Assembly: GCA_045638685.1 (NCBI GenBank)
Contig: JAZUBT010000014.1
Coordinates: 2,147-66,146, forward strand
Direction of reading: 5' to 3'
DNA length: 64,000 nt
Source: Eubacteriales bacterium
Lineage (GTDB): Bacteria > Bacillota > Clostridia > Oscillospirales > CAG-272
The translations under genes were made by a program, and so were the position numbers. Below are positions 56,700 to 64,000 of the stretch, piece by piece. Position 1 is the stretch's first letter; the number at the start of each line of letters is the position of its first letter. The notes under the pieces are model-generated. The model did no database searches and had not been told where the DNA came from. It saw nothing but the letters and a program-made list of their open reading frames with translations.

Positions 56700-57035
56700 T
56701 TACTTTGTGTCCTCTGATAATCTGTCCGTCATCGCCTTACAAAATCCCGCGTCGGTTATTCCTATAACCGAAACAAGGCTGTCGCTTCCGATAATTCTCG
56801 CAAGCTCATTTTTATCAACCCAAAGCTTGTAAACCGGAATTCTGTAAAATGACGAGGTATTGCCTATCCTCTTAATGGTGTTTTGCGAGGCGTCTGCGCT
56901 GCAAAGCAGAAGCTTTACGCCGTTTTTTTCTTTTTTACGTATGCTATCAACCACACGCTCGGTTCCGCTGAGAACCTTGCCGGCCTTTTTCGCTATACCT
57001 ATAAGGGATATTACTTTAGTTTCGTTTTCCGTCAT
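56700..57035 (-). CDS. ylxQ: L7Ae/L30e-family RNA-binding protein YlxQ
   Basis: It occupies the conserved position between ylxR and inf[13 protein letters not shown]...[12 protein letters not shown] is L7Ae-like. There is a 4-nt ATGA overlap with ylxR. Confidence 0.8.
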   Translation of the reverse strand: MTENETKVISLIGIAKKAGKVLSGTERVVDSIRKKEKNGVKLLLCSADASQNTIKRIGNTSSFYRIPVYKLWVDKNELARIIGSDSLVSVIGITDAGFCKAMTDRLSEDTK

Positions 57036-57310
57036 ATCTTTTCTTCGGAAAGCTCTTTTTCAAGTCTTTCGTATATTTCCTCCGGAATCTGTACGTTAAG
57101 ACCTCCCTCAAGACGCTTACTCTTTCTTGCCTTTTTAAAGCAGGAAAGACTGTGGCAGATATATGCTCCTCTGCCAGACTTCTTTCCGGTAACGTCAAGC
57201 ATAACGTCGCCCTCGGGAGTTCTTACTACTCTTATCAGCTGCTTTTTTTCCTTGGCTTCACCGCACCCGACACAGTGTCTTTCCGGTATTTTTCTCTTTT
57301 TTGCTTCCAC
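57032..57310 (-). CDS. rnpM: YlxR/RnpM (DUF448) RNA-binding protein
   Basis: ERHCVGCGEAKEKKQLIRVV and GRGAYIC motifs, in the conserved position downstream of nusA. Confidence 0.85.
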   Translation of the reverse strand: MEAKKRKIPERHCVGCGEAKEKKQLIRVVRTPEGDVMLDVTGKKSGRGAYICHSLSCFKKARKSKRLEGGLNVQIPEEIYERLEKELSEEKI

Positions 57311-57320
57311 TTTTTTAACC

Positions 57321-58349
57321 TCAGTCAGCGGTCTTTATATCAATTTTCATTCCGGTAAGTCTTGCCGCAAGACGCGCGTTCTGTCCTTCCTTACCTATCG
57401 CAAGCGAAAGCTGGTCGGCAGCAACGTACGCTCTGCAGGAATGCTCGCCGTCAACAACCACGCTATCTACCGTCGCGGGAGAAAGCGCCGCCTTTACGTA
57501 TTCCTCCATATCGTCGCTGTAACGGATTATATCAATCTTTTCTCCGCTGAGCTCGTCGGTTATCGCCTGCTTACGCTGGTTCTGCTGACCGACACAGGTT
57601 CCTATCGGATCTACGTCTCCGTCGCGGCTCATTACCGATATCTTCGTTCTGGATCCTGCTTCTCTTGCTATGTTCTTAATTATTACCGTTCCGTCGGCTA
57701 TTTCAGGAATGTTAAGCTCGAAAAGTCTCTTTACAAGTCCCGCATGGGTTCTTGAAAGCGTTACGAAGGGGCCGCGGCTTTCCTTTTTGACCTCTATAAC
57801 ATATACCTTTACGTGGTCTCCGGGCTCAAAGGTTTCTCCGGGGATCTGCTCGGACTGTAAAAGGGTTGCGTATCCGTTACCCATATTAAGTCTTACGCTT
57901 CCCGTTTCGGGATCTACCTTATCAACTACTGCGGTTACTATTTCTTCCTTCTTTTCCTCGTATTCCTTGATCATCATTCCGCGCTCAGCTTCTCTTATAG
58001 CCTGAACTATAACCTGCTTTCCGGTTATCGCGCTGAGTCTTCTGAACTCGTCGGGCTTAAGCTCTATCTCAACGACACCGCCGAGAACGTTTCTTCTCGA
58101 TCTGCTTTTAGCGTCAACAAGCGAAATCTGAGTATCGGGATCGGTAACCTCCTCGACTACGTCAAGTCTCTTGAATACCTTAAAATCGTATTTATCCTCG
58201 TTTATGTGTACTCTTACGTTGGTGTTTCCGCCCATCTCACGGCGATACGCGCTTACAAGCGCCGCCTCGAGCTTTTCGAACATATAAGCCTTCGGGATTC
58301 CCTTTTCGCTCTCAAGCATATCGAGAGCCTGAAACAATGCCTTATTCAT
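57321..58349 (-). CDS. nusA: Transcription termination/antitermination factor NusA
   Basis: N-terminal LEKEKGI-like LESEKGIPK, an S1 domain, two KH domains (GxxG: IGKEGQNARLAARL). 342 aa. Confidence 0.93.
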   Translation of the reverse strand: MNKALFQALDMLESEKGIPKAYMFEKLEAALVSAYRREMGGNTNVRVHINEDKYDFKVFKRLDVVEEVTDPDTQISLVDAKSRSRRNVLGGVVEIELKPDEFRRLSAITGKQVIVQAIREAERGMMIKEYEEKKEEIVTAVVDKVDPETGSVRLNMGNGYATLLQSEQIPGETFEPGDHVKVYVIEVKKESRGPFVTLSRTHAGLVKRLFELNIPEIADGTVIIKNIAREAGSRTKISVMSRDGDVDPIGTCVGQQNQRKQAITDELSGEKIDIIRYSDDMEEYVKAALSPATVDSVVVDGEHSCRAYVAADQLSLAIGKEGQNARLAARLTGMKIDIKTAD

Positions 58350-58380
58350 TTCTTTTTCTTTTATCCTCCAAGTTTATTAT

Positions 58381-58854
58381 TTACATTTCAAAGTGTACGT
58401 TTGCTTTCGCTATCTGCTTTCTGCTGACCGAAAGCTTTTCGCCGTTTTTCTCGGTAACCGTTACCGTATCGGTTTCGGCGTCGTAACCGTCAAGCGTTCC
58501 GATAACGCTCTTTTTTCCGTTAACCGCCGCAAAAAACTTCGCCTCTATAACCTCGCCCTTGCATTTTTCGAAATGCGCCGCCGTTCTTATCGCTCTTTCA
58601 AGTCCCGGCGAGGAGACGTCAAGATAATAAAAGCTGTCTATCGGATCGGCCTCGTCGATTATAGGCTCTATCGCTCTGTGAACCTTCTCGCAGTCGTCGA
58701 TATTTATACCGCTATCGCTGTCAATGGTAATTTCAAGATGCAGCTCGGTTCCTACCTTGGAATACTCAACGTCGTATATCTCGTACCCAAGCTCTTTTAC
58801 CGTAGGCTCTATAAGCTCCCACACGGTTTCGGCTGTGTTTTTCTTCTGCGCCAT
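58381..58854 (-). CDS. rimP: Ribosome maturation factor RimP
   Basis: LGYEIYDVEY...LEVSSPGLER-like motif (YLDVSSPGLERAIR), upstream of nusA. The start MAQKKN is at 58854. Confidence 0.88.
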   Translation of the reverse strand: MAQKKNTAETVWELIEPTVKELGYEIYDVEYSKVGTELHLEITIDSDSGINIDDCEKVHRAIEPIIDEADPIDSFYYLDVSSPGLERAIRTAAHFEKCKGEVIEAKFFAAVNGKKSVIGTLDGYDAETDTVTVTEKNGEKLSVSRKQIAKANVHFEM

Positions 58855-58952
58855 ATTTGTAACGTTCCTTTCGATTTTTTCTTTAGCTGACAAATAGAAA
58901 AGAGCAGGTTTTATCTTATCCTACTCTTTCTATACTATTTGATTGTACTTAT

Positions 58953-58981
58953 ATTATATCATATAAATTTATAAAATGCAA
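58953..58981 (-). promoter_or_regulatory. Sigma-A-type promoter for the rimP-nusA-infB operon
   Basis: On the minus strand, TTGCAT (58976-58981), 17 nt, TATAAT (58953-58958). Confidence 0.7.
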
Positions 58982-59166
58982 TAGTGTTTTAAAAATCCGT
59001 TCATTTTCTGTAAAATGCACAATAATAAAACATTATTAGATTTATATTTAGATATTATTAACAACCCTCCAACAGGCGATACCGGCCTTAGCGACGCTTG
59101 GTGTGTAAGCTCTTACGTCCCGTCGCCACCGGGTGCTATCCTGCCGTCGCCGGTTGCACGCAGGTG

Positions 59167-59628
59167 CTACCTACCCTCTATCTCGCGAAGCTCGTCAAGC
59201 TCGTCGTCGGAAATATCCGAGTCGTATTCGGTATAATCAGCGCTTATATCGGTTGCTCTTCCGCAGAAGGGGCAGAACGCGACCTTATCGGAGATAAACT
59301 TACCGCATTTCGGACAGATAACCTTTCCGCTTACAACTCTGTGCTGCCTTTCAAGATCGCTTAAAATCTCCTCTTTAGCATTTATTCTTGCAGAAATTCT
59401 CGCTATCTCGTCCTCTGACAGCCTACCGCTCTCCTTACCGGTAAGCTCAGCCTGTACGTTTCTGCCGAGCGATGCGTAAAGCGCGTTAAGCTCATTTCTC
59501 TGAGCGGTTATACGGTAATGAAGCTTGGTCGCGTCCATCGCCGTTACAACGGTTTCCTTTATATTTTCCGCGGTATCCTCACAAAAATCCTTGCCGTAAA
59601 GAAGCGCCTGCTTTATCTTATCTATCAT
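59167..59628 (-). CDS. Zinc-ribbon protein with a coiled-coil N-terminal region and an acidic tail; function unknown
   Basis: CPKCGKFISDKVAFCPFCG zinc ribbon. 153 aa. The gap to the upstream lipoprotein gene is 22 nt. Confidence 0.65.
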   Translation of the reverse strand: MIDKIKQALLYGKDFCEDTAENIKETVVTAMDATKLHYRITAQRNELNALYASLGRNVQAELTGKESGRLSEDEIARISARINAKEEILSDLERQHRVVSGKVICPKCGKFISDKVAFCPFCGRATDISADYTEYDSDISDDELDELREIEGR

Positions 59629-59650
59629 TTTACGTTTCTCCCTCCGCTTT

Positions 59651-60760
59651 TTAAATGTTGGTGTTAGATAATTTAATAAACGTTTTTATATCAAATCTGC
59701 TAAGAACGTCCTCGTTTGTTTTAACCTCGATAGCGGCGTAGTAGCTATTCATTTTTCCGGTTACTACGTAGCCCTCAAAGCCTTTCATAAGGTTAAACTC
59801 CTGCTCCGTCAGCTTCGAGTAGTCCTTAAGCTCGTAGCGCTTAATTATAAAAAGCACGCCCTCCTCGGTAAACTCGGTGGTGCTTCCAATCTCGGTTTCT
59901 GAAATTTTCTTAATAAATCCGGTACCGTAGTTTTTATAATCGTTTGCCGAAAGAAATACTCCGTCGGGGTAGTTTTCGTATTTTGCCAGAACCTCCTCGG
60001 AATATTCCTGCCTGAGCGCTCTGAAATCAACCGTCGAAAGCTTACCTTTAAGCTCCGCAATCTTCGCGTCCTTAGCTACCTTTTCCGCTTCGGTAAGCGG
60101 CTCGGTTATATAATTACCGTTTGTATCTGTGTAGTACGTATCGTTCTCGTCCTTTTTCAGCTTAACGTCGGTATAAATATATATCCACTCCGCGCAGTAA
60201 TAGTTTTCGGTGTAGTACTTTTCTCTGTCCTCGTCGTTTACCGCGAAAACTCCGCCCGCTTCAAAAAGCGCAGCCTTTACCTTGTCCACCTTCATCTCGG
60301 CGAAATATATGGTTTCAAGCGTTTTTGCGTTAAGTCCGTAATCCGAAAGATAGGTGTTAAGCTCCGATTTTGAGCCGTATGCCGTATTAAGACCTTTAAT
60401 ATACTCTCTTATTGCCTTTTTGTCGTCTGCGGTAAAGGAAAGACCGTAGTCGTCAAACAGCTTCATCGAAATAAGCACTTCTCTAGCATAGCGATTAATA
60501 TAATCGGTTATATACTTTTCATAGGTAATTCCGTCAGCCGTCTTGCTTTTCCAGAACTGCTCGGTATCCTTTGAATTATTGAATTCGCTTAAAAAGACGG
60601 TTTTATACCTCGCCATCCAGTAGGAATACATCGCCTCGGTTATTTTATAACCGTCAAGCTGCATTACGGTATCCCCTTTTATCACTCCGCATCCGCTAAG
60701 CACCGATAACACCGATATAAGCGCAAGTATAAGACACAGAAGCCTTGTTTTTAACTTCAT
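59651..60760 (-). CDS. Lipoprotein, SurA-N-terminal-domain-like (putative extracytoplasmic chaperone/foldase without an obvious PPIase motif)
   Basis: Signal peptide with lipobox LSVLSGCG. The gene follows mfd, as foldase lipoprotein genes do in many Firmicutes. The family assignment is by general resemblance only. Confidence 0.5.
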   Translation of the reverse strand: MKLKTRLLCLILALISVLSVLSGCGVIKGDTVMQLDGYKITEAMYSYWMARYKTVFLSEFNNSKDTEQFWKSKTADGITYEKYITDYINRYAREVLISMKLFDDYGLSFTADDKKAIREYIKGLNTAYGSKSELNTYLSDYGLNAKTLETIYFAEMKVDKVKAALFEAGGVFAVNDEDREKYYTENYYCAEWIYIYTDVKLKKDENDTYYTDTNGNYITEPLTEAEKVAKDAKIAELKGKLSTVDFRALRQEYSEEVLAKYENYPDGVFLSANDYKNYGTGFIKKISETEIGSTTEFTEEGVLFIIKRYELKDYSKLTEQEFNLMKGFEGYVVTGKMNSYYAAIEVKTNEDVLSRFDIKTFIKLSNTNI

Positions 60761-60831
60761 TTAACTTAAAATCCTTTCATTTAAGGTAACGTAAGCCTTT
60801 TTCTTATTATATCAATTATTTTTCCGCTTGT

Positions 60832-63800
60832 CTATACGTTTTCTTCTTTTAATTGTATATATTTTTTTAAAATTTCCAGCATTTCCTCGGTTTTATCGCC
60901 GCCCTTTGTTATTTTAAGGGTTATATACGGCGTGTTTCCCGCCGAGAAAAATATTCTGCCTTTATAGTCCCGTAAAAGCCCCTGCCACGCATTCATATCA
61001 ACGCTCGGAGTAAAAAACAGCGCCGAGCCGTTTCTGTATTCCGCCTTGCTAAAGCCCGCGCGGCTTCCGAGCGCTCTTATCAGCGCTATTTTAAGAAGAA
61101 CCTCTGCCTGTGGCGGTAACGTTCCGTAGCGGTCGATAAGCTCGTCGTAAACGTCAAGCATATCCGCATCGCTTTCAACAGACGCAATCTTTTTATACGC
61201 CTCAATCCGCTGCGCTGTGCTCCTTATATATTTTTCGGGAATATAAGCATCTGTATTAAGCGTTACAGTACACTCAGGCTTTTTCTCTATCTTCTCACCC
61301 TTCTCCTCAAGCACCGCTTCGTTAAGAAGCTTCATGTAAAGGTCGTATCCAACGCTCTCTATCTGTCCGTGCTGCTGAGTACCGAGCAGGTTTCCCGCGC
61401 CGCGTATCTCCATATCACGCATAGCAACTCGGAAGCCGGATCCGAACTCCGTAAAGTCTCTTATCGCGGAAAGTCGCTTTTCCGCTACTTCTTTAAGCAC
61501 CATTCCCTTTTTATAGGTAAGATAGGCGTATGCGCGACGTCCCGATCTACCTACTCGTCCACGTATTTGGTGGAGCTGAGCAAGTCCGTATCTCTCCGCA
61601 TCGTCAATTATAAGCGTGTTGGCGTTTGGAACGTCAATTCCCGATTCGATAATCGTGGTACAAACGAGGACGTCAACCGTTCCAAGAAGCATCGCGCGCC
61701 AGATGTCGGAAAGCTCCTCCTTATCCATCTGACCGTGGGCAACCGCAACCGTTGCCTCAGGTATTTCCTCGGAAATCCTCGCGGCTATTTCATTAAGCGT
61801 CTCGACTCTGTTATGCAGATAAAAGACCTGACCGCCGCGTCGAAGCTCCTTTTTTATCGCTTCGAATACAATTACCTCGTCGTATTCAAGAACATAGGTC
61901 TGGACCGGTATTCTGTCGGTCGGAGGTTCCTCAAGCACCGACATATCCCGTATTCCGCTCATAGCCATATTAAGAGTACGCGGTATTGGGGTGGCGGTGA
62001 GAGTAAGAACGTCAACGTCTCTTGAAAGCTGCTTTAGCTTTTCCTTTTGCGAAACACCGAAGCGCTGCTCCTCGTCTATTATAACAAGACCTAGCTTTTT
62101 AAACTCAATATCCTTTGAAAGAAGCCTATGGGTACCGATAACTATATCAGTCTCACCCCTGTTTATCCTTTTTACCGTATCCTTGATTTCCCTTGGCTTA
62201 CGGAAGCGTGAAATCATATCCACTGTTATCGGAAAGCCTCTCATTCTTGAGACAACCGTCTGATAATGCTGAAGAGCAAGTATGGTGGTGGGAACCAAGA
62301 CCGCTACCTGATACCCACTTTTTATCGCTTTGAACGCCGCACGCAGGGCGACCTCGGTCTTACCGTAGCCGACGTCTCCGCAGAGCAGTCTTTCCATAGG
62401 CACGGGGCGTTCCATATCGTCCTTTATCTCTCTTGCCGCCGAAAGCTGTCCCTCGGTTTCCTCGTATTCGAACATTCCTTCAAATTCCTGCTGAAACGCG
62501 TCGTCCTCGTCAAAGGCTATACCCTTTTTTCTCATTCTTTCGGCGTAAAGCTCGATAAGCTCCTTTGCCATCTCCTTTGCCGCCGCCTTAGCCTTGCTTT
62601 TAGCCTTAATCCAGTCGGCTCCGCCAAGCCTTGAAAGCTTAACCGTGCCCTCCTCGGAGCCTGCTCCGAGGTATTTTGAAAGCATATCAAGCTGTGTGCA
62701 GGGCAGATAAAGGCTTCCGTCTCCTGCGTACTCGATTTTAACGTAATCTCCGGTAACGCCCCCCATAGTCATAGTAGTAAGACCGCAGTAGCGTCCGATA
62801 CCGTGATTTTCGTGAACGACGTAGTCTCCAACGGTAAGCTCCGCGTATGAGGACACCGTTTCTCTTGCGCTTTTTTTAACCTTACTGCGCTTTTTTCTTG
62901 CGCTTATAAGACGTCCTGCGGAAAAAACCGAGGCGTACATCGAAAGGCATACGTACCCCGACGCAGGTAGCTCAAAGCCCCCAAGATTAATTCCGCTTAT
63001 AAAATTCGGAATACCCTTTTTCGGCTCGTCATTTATAGTCGAAGCTATATTATGCTCAAGCAGCAGCTCGCAAAGCTTTTTTGAAATACTGTCGTTTTCC
63101 GTTAAAATATTTATTTTGTACCCAAGCGATATAAAGTGCTCAAGATCCTCAAGCAGCAGCGCAACGTTTTCTTTGTAAGATACGTTCTGCTTACTCCTTA
63201 TGTTATACATTCCGGCAAGCCTACTGAAGGCGCCGGCAAAGGTGTTGCAGTAAACGGTAGCGGCAGATGTGAAAAAAGCCTCCAAATCCTCGCGACCGCC
63301 GCCCCAGCTGGCGTACTTTCCCATAACAGCTCCGCTTTCAACAAGCGTCTCTGCCGTTTCCTTGCAGGTAAACTCATAGCTTTTTAGTCTTTCGTAAACC
63401 GCGCTCAGCTCCTGAACTATTACAAGCGTATCACTGTCAAAATAATCGGTAAAGGCTTCGCACTCCCCGTAAATTACCGAGATATATTTATCAATAAAGG
63501 AAAGGTCTGTCCCCTCCTTTACCGCTTCGTATTCCTCCGAAAGCTCCTTTTTAGCGCTTTCGCTTTTTGTTTTCTTTATCTGCGCTTCAATAGCGGCAAG
63601 CACCGCGTCCCTTTCACTCTCACCGAGCACGATTTCCCTACTTGGGGTAAGATAAACGCTTTCGGGATTATCTACCGTTCTCTGCGAAAATATATCAAAG
63701 GTAGCAAGTCTGTCTATTTCGTCTCCGAAAAACTCGGCACGCACGGGGTTTTCGTATTTCGGCGGAAAAATGTCGCATATTCCTCCGCGAATGGCATACT

Positions 63801-64000
63801 GTCCCTCCGCCTCAACCATATCTACTCTTACGTATCCGAGAAGCGTGAGCTTTCTCGACAGCTCCTCGGGCGAAATTGTAGTATCCGGCTTTAAAAGAAC
63901 ACTTAAATCGGTAAGTCTTTTTCTCGGAGTGGTATATTGAAGCGCCGCATCGGGGGTGGTTATAAATATATCCGCACCACCGAAAAGCGCCTTATCAAGC
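60832..64000 (-). CDS. mfd: Transcription-repair coupling factor Mfd; N-terminus lies beyond the window end
   Basis: Superfamily-2 helicase motifs LLCGDVGYGKTEV, DEEQRFG and RGRVGRS, plus a TRG motif region. The reading frame stays open upstream of the listed Met at 63819 (…LLGYVRVDMVEAEGQYAIRGGICDIFP) to nt 64000. Confidence 0.95.
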   Translation of the reverse strand, partial: LDKALFGGADIFITTPDAALQYTTPRKRLTDLSVLLKPDTTISPEELSRKLTLLGYVRVDMVEAEGQYAIRGGICDIFPPKYENPVRAEFFGDEIDRLATFDIFSQRTVDNPESVYLTPSREIVLGESERDAVLAAIEAQIKKTKSESAKKELSEEYEAVKEGTDLSFIDKYISVIYGECEAFTDYFDSDTLVIVQELSAVYERLKSYEFTCKETAETLVESGAVMGKYASWGGGREDLEAFFTSAATVYCNTFAGAFSRLAGMYNIRSKQNVSYKENVALLLEDLEHFISLGYKINILTENDSISKKLCELLLEHNIASTINDEPKKGIPNFISGINLGGFELPASGYVCLSMYASVFSAGRLISARKKRSKVKKSARETVSSYAELTVGDYVVHENHGIGRYCGLTTMTMGGVTGDYVKIEYAGDGSLYLPCTQLDMLSKYLGAGSEEGTVKLSRLGGADWIKAKSKAKAAAKEMAKELIELYAERMRKKGIAFDEDDAFQQEFEGMFEYEETEGQLSAAREIKDDMERPVPMERLLCGDVGYGKTEVALRAAFKAIKSGYQVAVLVPTTILALQHYQTVVSRMRGFPITVDMISRFRKPREIKDTVKRINRGETDIVIGTHRLLSKDIEFKKLGLVIIDEEQRFGVSQKEKLKQLSRDVDVLTLTATPIPRTLNMAMSGIRDMSVLEEPPTDRIPVQTYVLEYDEVIVFEAIKKELRRGGQVFYLHNRVETLNEIAARISEEIPEATVAVAHGQMDKEELSDIWRAMLLGTVDVLVCTTIIESGIDVPNANTLIIDDAERYGLAQLHQIRGRVGRSGRRAYAYLTYKKGMVLKEVAEKRLSAIRDFTEFGSGFRVAMRDMEIRGAGNLLGTQQHGQIESVGYDLYMKLLNEAVLEEKGEKIEKKPECTVTLNTDAYIPEKYIRSTAQRIEAYKKIASVESDADMLDVYDELIDRYGTLPPQAEVLLKIALIRALGSRAGFSKAEYRNGSALFFTPSVDMNAWQGLLRDYKGRIFFSAGNTPYITLKITKGGDKTEEMLEILKKYIQLKEENV

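Noticed and set aside
59050-59166. In-frame 38-codon open extension after the TAG stop of the zinc-ribbon gene (possible read-through)
   Set aside because: The segment is GC-rich, so absence of stops over 38 codons is not surprising. The peptide (VAPACNRRRQDSTRWRR...) has no features, and the RNA-structure explanation fits better.
1-64000. Mobile elements, prophage or a genomic island
   Set aside because: No transposase, integrase, recombinase, tRNA attachment site or terminal inverted repeats were seen. Composition looks uniform apart from AT-rich intergenic regions.

Overview
This is a 64-kb chromosomal segment from a low-GC Gram-positive anaerobe. Gene content and synteny look like Clostridia, possibly Oscillospiraceae/Ruminococcaceae, but that is inference only. 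I can support 44 protein genes, 38 of them on the minus strand. I also support one RNase P RNA gene, a ZTP (pfl-motif) riboswitch, a TPP riboswitch, many near-consensus sigma-A promoters and hairpin terminators, and several repeat arrays.

Gene order:
- AGCS symporter (5'-truncated) and a Cys/His-repeat lipoprotein.
- pflA-pflB and fhs (formate metabolism).
- Five tandem BspA-type leucine-rich-repeat (LRR) lipoprotein paralogs.
- M18 aminopeptidase, M16 peptidase, manA and a muramoyl-alanine amidase.
- An SPFH/zinc-ribbon protein and a WYL regulator.
- murD and rnpB, the latter flanked by phased AT-rich repeats.
- Histidine phosphatase, argJ, argG, an AraC regulator and a PPi-type phosphofructokinase.
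- A membrane-anchored TIR-domain protein.
- Two tandem Gfo/Idh/MocA oxidoreductases.
- TPP riboswitch-thiT, rsmE and an RluA-family synthase.
- A BcrAD/BadFG double-ATPase activase with an HGD-D-like partner.
- The hydCBA trimeric [FeFe] hydrogenase operon.
- A YdbC/PC4-like protein and ygiQ.
- The rimP-nusA-ylxR-ylxQ-infB operon.
- A zinc-ribbon protein, a SurA-N-like lipoprotein and mfd, which runs off the window.

I saw no transposase, integrase, CRISPR array or prophage gene.

Most interesting observations:
1. A monocistronic single-pass membrane protein with a cytoplasmic zinc ribbon and TIR domain and an extracellular DUF6273-like domain.
2. The five-gene LRR-lipoprotein array, which carries a duplicated terminator-promoter cassette. 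Its CGCGCGTA-TTGACA upstream motif recurs at the TIR gene promoter.
3. A HydA whose H-cluster motifs read TSCSPGW and MCCPGGC instead of the canonical TSCCPxW and MxCPGGC.
4. A 0.7-kb gene-free region containing an orphan promoter-hairpin-U-tract unit.
5. Phased 21-bp repeats bracketing rnpB.

All domain calls come from motif recognition by eye. No searches were run.
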